From contig JBOHVS010000019.1 of the NCBI GenBank assembly GCA_050735975.1, positions 7,487 to 71,486 of the forward strand: a stretch of 64,000 nucleotides of DNA. Reading direction: 5' to 3'. This document shows, one piece after another, positions 17,868-27,074 of the stretch (position 1 is its first letter; the number at the start of each line of letters is the position of its first letter). Source of the stretch: Candidatus Binatia bacterium. GTDB lineage: Bacteria; Desulfobacterota; Binatia; UBA9968. The notes beneath the pieces were generated by a model. It searched no databases. It was not told where the DNA came from and saw only the letters and a list, made by a program, of their open reading frames with translations. A program made the position numbers and the translations under genes.

Positions 17868-20291
17868 CTACTGCGGATTTCCAAATGAGAAACCAAGCAC
17901 GGACGTGTCGTCGCCCGGCTTTTTGTTGAGTGGGAAGCCGAGCTCGAGTCGGAGAGGACCGAAGGGCGACATCCATCGCGCGCCGACGCCGACCGATCGC
18001 CTAAGATCGTTAAAACTGAAGTTGTTGAACGCGTTGCCGGTATCGAAGAAAGCCGTGCCCCTGAGCCCATACTGCTCGTAAAGCGGGAACATCAACTCGG
18101 CGTTGAAAACTGCCGCTTGCGTGCCTCCAATGACATCGTCGCTGCAGGCAGTTGTGGAATCGGCATCCCGACAGCCGCTCGACCGCTCCCGCGGCCCCAA
18201 GCTTCTATCTGCAAAGCCGCGTACCGAGTTCATCCCGCCGAGAAAATACCGTTCGAAAAGCGGTAGACTCTTCTCGCCGTTCCCCCGTTCTGCCAGCCCG
18301 AAGCCGTAGCCGAGGGATCCGCCCAGCGCGAGCACGTAGGCGCCTCCCCAATTCGGGTCTTTCAACAAGGGGTAATGCCATTTTCCGCTGAGATCAGATT
18401 TGATAAACCGGCTATCTCCTCCGAGGCCGGCAAACTTCACGGAAAAGCTCGACTTAGTCCCTTCCGTTGGATTGAAAAAATGGTCCTGGCTGTCGTATTT
18501 CAGGCTCGGGGTGACGCCGCTCGTCAGCGAATTTCCTTCCTCATCTTGAATCGTTTGTGCCGCGTTTCGGTTAACCCCGCTAATCTTCTCATGAGTAAGG
18601 TCATAAGCCAGACCGCCGCGCAGGTAATCCCAAATGGTAGGCGAAGTTTCAGTCGCCAGTTCATCGGACCCCTTTGCCGCAGCGCGTTTCGGCCAGCCCA
18701 GGAAACTAAACCTCATGTCTTTAAGCGGGTAGCTGGTATTGACCCCGAAGCCGAGCCTCCGCTGATCAAAATCGATAAACTCGCGCTCGGTGTTGTAGGC
18801 ATCGAAACCCAGGGCCACCTGGGTGTCGTTGGCATACGGCTCCAAGAAACTGACGATAAAGTCCTGCCGGCTCGATCCGATGCTAAAATTTCCGTTCAGC
18901 CGCTGCCCGAGTCCGAAAAGATTTCTCTCGGCGACCCCGGCGTTGAACAAGAAACCGTCGCCGGTACTGAAGCCGGCTCCGACAGTGAACGTCCCCGTGG
19001 GTCCTTCTTTGACGTCGACCAAGAGATCGACCGTATCGGGTTGATCGGTTTTTTTGGTCGTCAGCTGCACGTCTTCGAAATAGCCGGTCCGCTGCAAGGC
19101 ATTGCGGCTTTGGGTGATCTTGGTGCCGGAATAAAGTTCCTGTTCAGTGGCGCGAAGCTCGCGACGAACCACCTTGTCCCTCGTTTTTGTGTTCCCCGCC
19201 ACCAATACCCTGTTGAAATAAACCGGCGGACCTTTCTTGATGACTAAAGCGACATCGACCTTCTTTTCCGTCGAATTTACATTTGTAAGCGGTTCGACTT
19301 CGACGAATGCAAACCCCTTGTTGGAATACATCTCGGTCAGAGTCTGGATATCGTCGCGCAGCCTGCTGCCTCGGAAGATTTGTCCCGAGGTGAGCTTCAC
19401 TTGCTTAAGCATCTGGCGACCGTCTTGGATAAGCTCGCCCCCTATCTCAACCTTGCCGACCCTATACTGCTGCCCCTCGTCAATGCGGATAACGATCTCC
19501 AGGCCGTCTCGCCCCTTAAGAACCACCGGTTCCCCGATCTTGCTGTCGATGTAGCCGTGATCGGCATAGTGAATGCCCAGATTCGTAATGTCGTTCGTGA
19601 GAATATCACGATCGAGCACGCCTCGATTGGTTATAAAGGAAAATAACCACTCTTCCTTCGTGGCCATCAAACCCTTGAGCTCGCTTTCGGGAAAGGTTTT
19701 ATTCCCCTCGAAAGAGATCTTTTTGATCAGCCGCCGGGTCCCCTCAATGATGTCGACGACCACAACCGCTTGATTGTTGGATTCGACGGAAACGGCATGG
19801 TCGATTTTGGCGTTTACGTAACCCTGATCGTTGTAAAGTTTGCGAACCTTTTCTATTCCCTCGGAGATCTTTGAACGGTCCAGAATGGTTCGCGGCGTGA
19901 TTCCCATGGACGTCTCGATTTTGTCCTTGCCGATCTGCGCCGCGCCTTGTATCTTTACTTCTCGAACATAAGGCTTTTCTTTTACCACGTAGGTTAAAAC
20001 GCCATCGGCGGTCAATTCCGCCTTGACGTCGTCAAAAAACCCCATTCTAAAAATAGCCTTCACGTCCTGTTCAACCGTCGCCGAATCAAACTCCTCCCCC
20101 GGGCGACTCTTTACATGAAGGCGAATACCGTCGTCCTCGACTCGCAGGTTGCCGGCGATTTTGATTTCTTTAAGTCGAACTTTTTCTTGCGCGCTGGCAA
20201 CACCAGAAGCAGAAAATCCTGCCGAGATGAAAGCAAAAAGAAAGACAAAACGGGAAAGAAATTGATAAAATCGAAGCGATCCAGGCTTCAT
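17868..20291 (-). CDS. bamA: Outer membrane protein assembly factor BamA
   Basis: 807 aa. Signal peptide, repeated POTRA-like modules (IKIAGN..., VKIQGA..., ISFEGN..., VEIGGE...), C-terminal Gly/aromatic-rich beta-barrel. Confidence 0.92.
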   Translation of the reverse strand: MKPGSLRFYQFLSRFVFLFAFISAGFSASGVASAQEKVRLKEIKIAGNLRVEDDGIRLHVKSRPGEEFDSATVEQDVKAIFRMGFFDDVKAELTADGVLTYVVKEKPYVREVKIQGAAQIGKDKIETSMGITPRTILDRSKISEGIEKVRKLYNDQGYVNAKIDHAVSVESNNQAVVVVDIIEGTRRLIKKISFEGNKTFPESELKGLMATKEEWLFSFITNRGVLDRDILTNDITNLGIHYADHGYIDSKIGEPVVLKGRDGLEIVIRIDEGQQYRVGKVEIGGELIQDGRQMLKQVKLTSGQIFRGSRLRDDIQTLTEMYSNKGFAFVEVEPLTNVNSTEKKVDVALVIKKGPPVYFNRVLVAGNTKTRDKVVRRELRATEQELYSGTKITQSRNALQRTGYFEDVQLTTKKTDQPDTVDLLVDVKEGPTGTFTVGAGFSTGDGFLFNAGVAERNLFGLGQRLNGNFSIGSSRQDFIVSFLEPYANDTQVALGFDAYNTEREFIDFDQRRLGFGVNTSYPLKDMRFSFLGWPKRAAAKGSDELATETSPTIWDYLRGGLAYDLTHEKISGVNRNAAQTIQDEEGNSLTSGVTPSLKYDSQDHFFNPTEGTKSSFSVKFAGLGGDSRFIKSDLSGKWHYPLLKDPNWGGAYVLALGGSLGYGFGLAERGNGEKSLPLFERYFLGGMNSVRGFADRSLGPRERSSGCRDADSTTACSDDVIGGTQAAVFNAELMFPLYEQYGLRGTAFFDTGNAFNNFSFNDLRRSVGVGARWMSPFGPLRLELGFPLNKKPGDDTSVLGFSFGNPQ

Positions 20292-20396
20292 TATTGCTTT
20301 TTAGGGTTACTGAAATGCTATTTGCAGGCTGCTCGCTCCTGATTTAGTAGCAAATTCGCGGATCTTTGTAAAGTTCTAATTATGCGAGGGCGACCT

Positions 20397-21074
20397 TTAA
20401 AGCGGAAACAGCTGCCCTTCCCGAAGTTCCGCCTGTTTGCCCATTTTTTCGGCGAATTCTCGGTTGTGGGTGGCAACGATAACCGCAATGCCTTTCTCTT
20501 CGTTCAGACGGAACAAGAGCTCCTGAACTTCCTCGGCGATCCTAACATCGAGGGAGCCGGTCGGCTCATCCGCCAGTATCAATTTGGGTTGAAGAATAAC
20601 CGCCCGAGCGACCGCGACGCGCTGCTGCTCGCCGCCTGAGAGCTTGCCCGGCCGATGTTCCACGCGATCTTTCAACCCCACGGTTTCCAGCAACATCGCC
20701 GCTTGCGACCGCGCCCGCTCTGCTTCCATGCCTTGAATCAAGGCCGGAAGCATAACGTTCTCCAACGCGGTGAAATCGGGCAACAGATAGTGAAACTGAA
20801 ATACGAAACCGATTTCGCTGTTGCGAAACCGGGATAACGCAGCCTCATCGTCGATCGGTAATTCCTTGCTCCGGAATAAGATCTGCCCTTGGGTCGGCCG
20901 GTCGAGCGTGCCGAGCAAATGCAGCAAAGTGCTTTTCCCCACGCCGGACTCGCCGACGATGGCCAACCGCTCTCCGTCCTCGAGATCGAGGTCCAATCCG
21001 CGCAGAATGGAAATCTCTTTATTTCCCTCGACGAACGACTTATGGAGATCTCGCACCGTAAGAAGATTACTCAT
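20397..21074 (-). CDS. lolD: Lipoprotein-releasing system ATP-binding protein (MacB-type ABC ATPase)
   Basis: Track ORF trimmed to ATG 21074 (MSNLLTVRDLHKSF). Walker A GESGVGKST, signature [14 protein letters not shown], Walker B LILADEPTGSLD. 8-nt overlap with the upstream permease gene. Confidence 0.85.
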   Translation of the reverse strand: MSNLLTVRDLHKSFVEGNKEISILRGLDLDLEDGERLAIVGESGVGKSTLLHLLGTLDRPTQGQILFRSKELPIDDEAALSRFRNSEIGFVFQFHYLLPDFTALENVMLPALIQGMEAERARSQAAMLLETVGLKDRVEHRPGKLSGGEQQRVAVARAVILQPKLILADEPTGSLDVRIAEEVQELLFRLNEEKGIAVIVATHNREFAEKMGKQAELREGQLFPL

Positions 21075-22326
21075 AGCGAATGATCTCCACCGGATCCAAT
21101 TTGGCGGCCTGTCGCGCCGGGTAAATACTGGCAAATAAGCAAACGAGAAACGATGTCACCGCCACCAGGACAAAGTTGCTCAGATACAATCGTACGGGCA
21201 CAGTGGAAATGAGAAAAACGCCGTCCGGCAACTTGATGAACTGATATTGTTCGATCAGCAGGCAAATTATGTATCCTAGCAGAACGCCCGATGTAGTCCC
21301 GACAAAACCGATGACACAGCCTTTGAATAAAAAAATCCTTCGAATACTTTCCCGCGTCGCGCCCATCGATCGCAGAATCGCGATATCCTTTTTCTTCTCC
21401 ATGACCACCATCACCAAAGTGGACACGATGTTGAACGCTCCGATGAGCACCATAAGCAAAAGAACCAGGAAATAAACGGTTTTTTCCAACTGTAGAGCGG
21501 AAAAAAGATTGGGCCAAAGTCGCGTCCAATCTTCGGTCAGATAGGGAAACCCCAAGCGCCGTTGAATTTCTTCCGCGATCTCTCTGGATAGATTTACTTC
21601 GTCAACTCTGATCTCGATGTTCGTGACCGCGTCTCCAAGCTCAAAGAACTTTTGAGCGTCGTCCAGGCCCATCAGGACCAGGGTCGAATCGATCTCGCTC
21701 ATGCCCGTTTTCAAGAGCCCGATGACAACGAACCGCTTTACCTTGGGAATCACTCCGATCGCGGTCGGACTCCCGATGGGGGACACCGCCTGAACGGGAC
21801 TTCCCGGAAAAACCCCGAGCTGGTTCGCCAGCCTTTCTCCGAGGATGATTCCCGGCAATAAAACCCGCCGTTCCTCGACCTCGAGCGCATGCTGACTTTT
21901 GAGCCCTGTCAGAGCCCCTTCCTTCACGTACCGCTGGATATCCACAACCCGGTTGACCCGATCCGGATCGACGCCGCGCACGACAACGCCGGTGACTCGG
22001 GAACCGGCGGTCAACATCACCTGGCCGTAAATCGTCGGCGAGGCGGCCACCACCCCGGGTTGCTCAGCGAGTTGCGCGATGAGCCGCTCGTACTCTCGAA
22101 GCTGGTCGCCCGACTTCACCACGGCGACATGCGCGTTGATACCGAGCAGGCGATCCCTCAAAGTCTCTTCGAAGCCGGTCATAACGCCCATGACAACGTT
22201 CAAGGTCATGACCCCTATCATGACGCCGAGCACCGAAATCAAGGTGATGAGAGAAATGAATGTTTCGCGGCGGCGAGCCCGCAGATACCTCAGGCCGATA
22301 AAAAGTTCGTATTTCAAAATGCGCAT
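21067..22326 (-). CDS. Lipoprotein-releasing system permease (LolC/LolE family, FtsX-type); only one copy present
   Basis: 419 aa. N-terminal FIGLRYLRARRRETFIS, large periplasmic domain between TM1 and TM2, C-terminal FtsX-type 3-TM bundle. Confidence 0.85.
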   Translation of the reverse strand: MRILKYELFIGLRYLRARRRETFISLITLISVLGVMIGVMTLNVVMGVMTGFEETLRDRLLGINAHVAVVKSGDQLREYERLIAQLAEQPGVVAASPTIYGQVMLTAGSRVTGVVVRGVDPDRVNRVVDIQRYVKEGALTGLKSQHALEVEERRVLLPGIILGERLANQLGVFPGSPVQAVSPIGSPTAIGVIPKVKRFVVIGLLKTGMSEIDSTLVLMGLDDAQKFFELGDAVTNIEIRVDEVNLSREIAEEIQRRLGFPYLTEDWTRLWPNLFSALQLEKTVYFLVLLLMVLIGAFNIVSTLVMVVMEKKKDIAILRSMGATRESIRRIFLFKGCVIGFVGTTSGVLLGYIICLLIEQYQFIKLPDGVFLISTVPVRLYLSNFVLVAVTSFLVCLFASIYPARQAAKLDPVEIIRYE

Positions 22327-22350
22327 CCCACGAAGGAAATCGAGTCGAGC

Positions 22351-23865
22351 CTACCGTTGAGGCCGCAGCAGTGGAAACAGAATCACGTCTCTAATCGACG
22401 GAGAATCGGTAAAAAGCATCACCAGCCGATCGACGCCGATGCCCTCGCCGGCGGCGGGCGGCATTCCGTATTCCAGCGCGCGCACGTAATCGTCGTCAAT
22501 CGGGTTGACGGTTTCGTCCCCGGCTTTGCGGGCGTCCATTTGTTGCAAAAACCGCCATTGTTGGTCCGCCGGGTCGTTAAGTTCGGAAAACGCGTTGGCC
22601 AGCTCTCGCCCGCCGATGTAGAGCTCGAATCGATCGACCAAGGTCGGATCGCGATCGTTCTTCCTCGCCAAGGGAGAAACCTCCAGCGGATATCCGGTTA
22701 TGACGGTCGGCTGGATTAGCTGAGATTCTGCGATCTCCTCAAAAATTTCCACCAGCAGGTTGCCGTAGGGCGCACTGACATCTACATGCAAGCCCCTGTT
22801 CCTGGAAAGGTTTTGCAACCCCTCGAGGGTGGCGATGTCCTGTTCATTAGAGCCGCCGTATACAATAATCGCTTCCTTGACGCTGAGCCGGCGCCACGGC
22901 GGCGTAAGATCAATCGTATGACCGCCATACGGCACCTGTAACGAGCCGATAATTTCGCGCGCGATCACGACCAAGAGCTCTTCCGTGAGTTGAATCAGGT
23001 CTTCAAACGTCGCGTAGGCCTGATAAAACTCCAGCATCGTGAATTCCGGATTGTGTCGCACCGAAGTTCCTTCGTTCCGGAAATTCCGATTGAGCTCGAA
23101 CACCCGCTCGATGCCGCCGACCAGCAGGCGCTTTAGAAAAAGCTCGGGCGCAACCCTGAGATACAGTTCCATGTCGAGTGCATTGTGGTGCGTAATAAAT
23201 GGCCGCGCCGCCGCTCCTCCGGGAATGGCCTGCATCATCGGTGTTTCGACCTCGAGAAAATCGCGCTCCTCAAAAAACCGCCGCAAGATTCGAACGATGC
23301 GGGAGCGCTTTTCGAACGCCTCGCGGATCTCGGGATTGACCATCAAATCGAGATATCGCTGGCGATAGCGGGCTTCGACGTCAGCCAAGCCATGCCACTT
23401 TTCAGGCAGCGGGCGCAAACATTTCGCCAGCAGGCGCAATCCCTGCGCCTCGAGGGTCAACTCCTTCGTCTTGGTGCGAAAAGGATGTCCTCTGACTCCA
23501 ATGATGTCGCCGACATCCAGTGACTGAAACAAGGCATAGCCCTCGGCTCCGAGCCGGTCTTCTCGCGCATATATCTGCAGCCGTCCACGGCGGTCCTGGA
23601 TATGAAAGAACGATGCCTTGCCGAACTTGCGGATCGCTCCCACGATCCGTCCTGCGAGATGAATATCGCGCGGCGCGTTGGCCAGCTCATCGCCGCTCAT
23701 GCCGCCGAGCTCGGAAAGAACTTCGGACGCCGTATGGGTGGGCTTGAAGTCGTTGGGGTAGAGACCATAGCCGCTCTCTCTGAGCATTAAGAGCTTCTGG
23801 CGCCGCACCTCCACTTGCTCGCTTACGTCTTCCGCTAAGTTCTTTTGGCTGTCAGACATGCTCAC
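22351..23865 (-). CDS. lysS: Lysine--tRNA ligase (class II)
   Basis: 504 aa. OB-fold anticodon domain (GRIVGAIRKFGKASFFHIQD) and class II motifs (FRNEGTSVRHNPEFTMLE; GGIGVDRLVMLF). Confidence 0.95.
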   Translation of the reverse strand: MSMSDSQKNLAEDVSEQVEVRRQKLLMLRESGYGLYPNDFKPTHTASEVLSELGGMSGDELANAPRDIHLAGRIVGAIRKFGKASFFHIQDRRGRLQIYAREDRLGAEGYALFQSLDVGDIIGVRGHPFRTKTKELTLEAQGLRLLAKCLRPLPEKWHGLADVEARYRQRYLDLMVNPEIREAFEKRSRIVRILRRFFEERDFLEVETPMMQAIPGGAAARPFITHHNALDMELYLRVAPELFLKRLLVGGIERVFELNRNFRNEGTSVRHNPEFTMLEFYQAYATFEDLIQLTEELLVVIAREIIGSLQVPYGGHTIDLTPPWRRLSVKEAIIVYGGSNEQDIATLEGLQNLSRNRGLHVDVSAPYGNLLVEIFEEIAESQLIQPTVITGYPLEVSPLARKNDRDPTLVDRFELYIGGRELANAFSELNDPADQQWRFLQQMDARKAGDETVNPIDDDYVRALEYGMPPAAGEGIGVDRLVMLFTDSPSIRDVILFPLLRPQR

Positions 23866-23929
23866 GTCTCTTGGACCTTACTGTCGCAACTAGGCTATTT
23901 CAAGGTGCCGCTGTAAAATGGCGGGGGGC

Positions 23930-24793
23930 CTATAGACCGAGGTTCCTACATATCGCCTGGAGGGAGCGGCATTTGTTGAGCGAGTAGAAGTGCAGCCCGG
24001 CCACCCCGAATCGGATAAGCCCCTCACATTGCCGGGTCGCATATTCGATTCCGATCTCAATGGCCGCATCGTCGTCGTTTTCGACTTTTGCTAGCTCGCG
24101 TTCCAAGCGCTCGGGGATTTTCGCCCGGCAAAGCGCGGTAAAACGGCGCACTTGCGGCGCCGAAAGAATCGGCAAGATACCGGGAACGATGGGCACGCCG
24201 ACGCCCAGTTTTCGCAGATCCTCGACAAACCGGTAATAGTCTTGGTTATCAAAAAACAGCTGGGTGATAATCGCCACCGCCCCGGCCTCGACTTTTTCCT
24301 TCAGACGCTTGAGATCCGAAACCCGGCTCTCCGCGCGCGGGTGGATCTCCGGGAAACCCGCCACCGCAATTGAGAAACCGCCGATGGCCGTCGCCTCGCG
24401 CACAAGCTCCACCGCATGGTGAAAGCCGTCGGGATGCGGTCTCCAGTCAGTGGTTCCTTGCGGCGGGTCTCCGCCAAGCGCCAGGATGTTTTCAATGCCT
24501 TTTTCCTGTAGCTTGCTGAGAACCGATCGTGCTTCATCTTTCGACTGCCCCACCACGGTCAAATGACACATCACTTCGAGCCGGCAGTCCCGGTGGATGC
24601 GCTCGACGAGATCGACGGTTTTTTCGCGCGTGCTTCCGCCGGCCCCGTAAGTGACAGAGCAGAAAGCGGGCTTCAGCTTCTTTATCCCTTCAATTTCTCG
24701 GAACAGGCTTTCTTCGCCCTTGTCTGTCTTGGGAGGAAAAAATTCAACCGAGAGGGTCAATCCGGGCTGGGCATAGAGGTCAGCTATTTTCAC
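23930..24793 (-). CDS. metF: 5,10-methylenetetrahydrofolate reductase
   Basis: 287 aa. Motifs LSVEFFPPKT, SVTYGAGGSTR, ALGGDPP and ITQLFFD. Confidence 0.9.
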   Translation of the reverse strand: MKIADLYAQPGLTLSVEFFPPKTDKGEESLFREIEGIKKLKPAFCSVTYGAGGSTREKTVDLVERIHRDCRLEVMCHLTVVGQSKDEARSVLSKLQEKGIENILALGGDPPQGTTDWRPHPDGFHHAVELVREATAIGGFSIAVAGFPEIHPRAESRVSDLKRLKEKVEAGAVAIITQLFFDNQDYYRFVEDLRKLGVGVPIVPGILPILSAPQVRRFTALCRAKIPERLERELAKVENDDDAAIEIGIEYATRQCEGLIRFGVAGLHFYSLNKCRSLQAICRNLGL

Positions 24794-24873
24794 TCGAGCT
24801 AATCCTTGATGACGACCATCGGCGTATTGCTATGAATAGCACAACGTTATGCACAGCTACAAACGAAACGGCT

Positions 24874-24982
24874 GAGCCGCAACCAATTAGGAACAGAAAC
24901 TTTCACCACGAAGGTCACGAAGAGCACGAAGTTGAAGAGTATAAACTGTCCCAACCCTTCGTGTCCTTCGTGTGCTTCGTGG
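24874..24982. repeat. Family B palindromic element, uninterrupted copy (9-bp periodic CACGAAG arms)
   Basis: Left arm CCACGAAGGTCACGAAGAGCACGAAG, 29-bp centre TTGAAGAGTATAAACTGTCCCAACC.., right arm CTTCGTGTCCTTCGTGTGCTTCGTGG. Translation (..HEGHEG..) accounts for track ORF 24847..25053. Confidence 0.85.
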
Positions 24983-25109
24983 TGAGATCGTATTTCTTGT
25001 CGATTCAGTAACTTAGTGTCGGGCCGGGAAAACATTTGCGCAAGCGACGACAACTTTCAGGTATAGTAGTATGAAATTCGGCAGCCAAATTGCGGGTGAA
25101 TATTACCGG

Positions 25110-25583
25110 TCAGTCCGGTCGGACCCTTCGCCGAGCGGCGATGGGATCACACTCGGAGCCGGACTCCGCGGTAATTAGCGGCCTCAAGGCGTCGGTGTGC
25201 TGTAACCAAGCTTCTTGGATGGCTTCCGGCACACGGTGGAACTCAATCGTTTCTTTCAATATCTGACGCCTGCGCTCGAAGTGGCCCCCCATGATCGGGT
25301 GTTTGGCGTGCGCTTGATCGAGCGGCCGCCCACGATATTCCAAACCTGCGCCAAGGAAACTGGCGGTCAATTGATACTCCATTTCCTTGATGCGTTGCTT
25401 GTCCGCCCGGCGAAAGAAAAAGCCGATCATACGGTCCTGAAAAATCCGGTCGATGAAGTCATCGATGATTTTTCTCAATACGGCTTCGCCGCCCAATTCC
25501 GCAAAATGGCTTGGCGGGGTGTGGTGGGTTTTCTCTATAGTATTGTCACCGTCGTCAATCATAGCACACTGACTCGCTCCCAA
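25110..25583 (-). CDS. Group 1 truncated hemoglobin (trHbN-like globin)
   Basis: Pattern LGGEAVLRKIIDDFIDRIFQD..IGFFF....K.....QLTASFLGAGLEYRG.PLDQAHAKHPI..GHFE matches the 2-on-2 globin fold signature. Start may be the Met at 25562. Confidence 0.7.
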   Translation of the reverse strand: MGASQCAMIDDGDNTIEKTHHTPPSHFAELGGEAVLRKIIDDFIDRIFQDRMIGFFFRRADKQRIKEMEYQLTASFLGAGLEYRGRPLDQAHAKHPIMGGHFERRRQILKETIEFHRVPEAIQEAWLQHTDALRPLITAESGSECDPIAARRRVRPD

Positions 25584-25702
25584 ATGATTTCACACGCCAT
25601 TTCCCCCTGCTGTGTCATTTCGACCGAAGGGAGAAATCTACTGATGGGAACGCCCGCAGGCTCGATAATCGGAACAGCGAGTCGAAAGATTGTCTCTACA
25701 GG

Positions 25703-26020
25703 CTACATCATTCCGAGTTGGAGCCGTGCCGCTTCGGACATCTTGCTCGGCTCCCACGGCGGGTCCCAAACCAGATCGATTTTCACATCCGTGACGTTTG
25801 CCACCGCCCTGGCCTTGCCCTCTATCTCCGCCGGTAAGGATTGAGCCGCCGGGCAGTGAGGCGAGGTCAGGGTCATTTGGATCGTTACAACGCCCCCATC
25901 GTCTACGTTCACGCCGTAAACGAGCCCTAACTCGTAGATATTAACCGGGATCTCGGGATCAAAACAGGTTCGGAGAGCTTCGACAACTTCCGCTTCAACG
26001 ACGAGATTATTGATACTCAT
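25703..26020 (-). CDS. DUF59 (MIP18/SufT-like) metal-sulfur cluster assembly factor
   Basis: 105 aa. Motifs DPEIPVNIYELGLVY and LTSPHCPAAQSL; last gene of the SUF operon. Confidence 0.8.
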   Translation of the reverse strand: MSINNLVVEAEVVEALRTCFDPEIPVNIYELGLVYGVNVDDGGVVTIQMTLTSPHCPAAQSLPAEIEGKARAVANVTDVKIDLVWDPPWEPSKMSEAARLQLGMM

Positions 26021-26036
26021 GATAGTGTCCTGATTA

Positions 26037-26594
26037 TTACTCTATGCCGAGTTGTTGCTTCGCCTCATGCGAAATCATGCTTTGATTCCAGGGTGGGTCC
26101 CAGACCAATTCCACTTCGACCTCCTGGATGCCGGGTACAGCTGATAGTTTCTTCTGGATATCTCTCTTGAGAAACTCCCCCATGCCGCAGCCTTGCGCGG
26201 TGAGTGTGAACTTAATTCGAGCTTTGTATCCGGCCCCATCACCGGGCCCCAGCTCACAGCCATAGATCAGTCCCAAGTCAACGATGTTCACGGGAATCTC
26301 CGGATCAAAACAACTCCGCAGCTGTTCCCAAATCTGATTTTCGAGATCGTCCCGATTAAAGGCGCCCGGGGCATCGTTTGGCTGGCTATCCACTTCCGGC
26401 CTCACCCCTATAGCGTCGCCATCCGCGCCTTCGATTCGCGCCATGTAGCCCCGATCGGTCATCACCGTATAGCTACCGCCCAGCGACTGGGTCAGCCAAA
26501 CCGTGCTGCCGGAGGACAAAACTATCTTCTCCCCGCTGGGAATCATGACGGCTTCGCAGTCACGACTGAGAATGATCGGCTTCTTGTTTCGCAT
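26037..26594 (-). CDS. sufT: Putative Fe-S assembly protein SufT (N-terminal domain + DUF59)
   Basis: 185 aa. C-terminal DUF59 (DPEIPVNIVDLGLIY, LTAQGCGMGE) preceded by a ~85-aa domain; immediately downstream of sufU. Confidence 0.7.
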   Translation of the reverse strand: MRNKKPIILSRDCEAVMIPSGEKIVLSSGSTVWLTQSLGGSYTVMTDRGYMARIEGADGDAIGVRPEVDSQPNDAPGAFNRDDLENQIWEQLRSCFDPEIPVNIVDLGLIYGCELGPGDGAGYKARIKFTLTAQGCGMGEFLKRDIQKKLSAVPGIQEVEVELVWDPPWNQSMISHEAKQQLGIE

Positions 26595-26621
26595 CCGTCC
26601 TCCTTCCCGTCAATTCAATGA

Positions 26622-27074
26622 TTACTCGGTGGAAGCCAGTCCTCCGCTGCCCTGGAGCGCGGCATTCACAGTATGCCACGCCAGGCTCGCGCACTTCACT
26701 CGCGCCGGAAATTTACAGACACCGGAAAGAATCACCAATTTACCCAACCTCGCACCGGGATCTTGGCCGCTTGCCTCGCCGGTCAACATTCTGTGAACGT
26801 TCTCGAACAGCTCATGCGCTTCCGCTTCCGTCTTCCCCTTGAGCGCCGCCGTCATCATCGACGCTGACGCCTTGGAGATCGCGCATCCTGAGCCCTTAAA
26901 GCTGATGTCCTTGATAACGCCTTCCTCAAGCTTCAAATAGACGTTGACTTGATCGCCGCAGAGCGGGTTATAGCCCTCGGCGCTGCGATCAGCATTTTCC
27001 ATAGTCCGGAAATTTCGCGGACTCTTGTTATGATCGAGTATAACTTCTTGGTACAGTTCGTCCAGATCCGACAT
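26622..27074 (-). CDS. sufU: SufU-type (IscU-like) sulfur transfer / scaffold protein
   Basis: Trimmed to ATG 27074 (MSDLDELYQEVILDHNKSPRNF), which overlaps the sufS stop by 1 nt. Three Cys motifs: NPLCGD, GSGCAIS, VKCASLAW. Confidence 0.85.
   Translation of the reverse strand: MSDLDELYQEVILDHNKSPRNFRTMENADRSAEGYNPLCGDQVNVYLKLEEGVIKDISFKGSGCAISKASASMMTAALKGKTEAEAHELFENVHRMLTGEASGQDPGARLGKLVILSGVCKFPARVKCASLAWHTVNAALQGSGGLASTE

Noticed and set aside
23866-23929. Possible terminator or small RNA between metF and lysS (CCGC..GCGG stem).
   Set aside because: The stem is only 4-5 bp with no U-tract, and the gap is 64 bp. The evidence is insufficient.
24874-24982. Possibility that the short-period repeats (9-mers, 7-mers, 6-mers) are CRISPR arrays.
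   Set aside because: Units are 6-9 bp and directly adjacent, with no 25-40 bp spacers. Arrays have at most about 9 units and are arranged as inverted arms. No cas genes are present.
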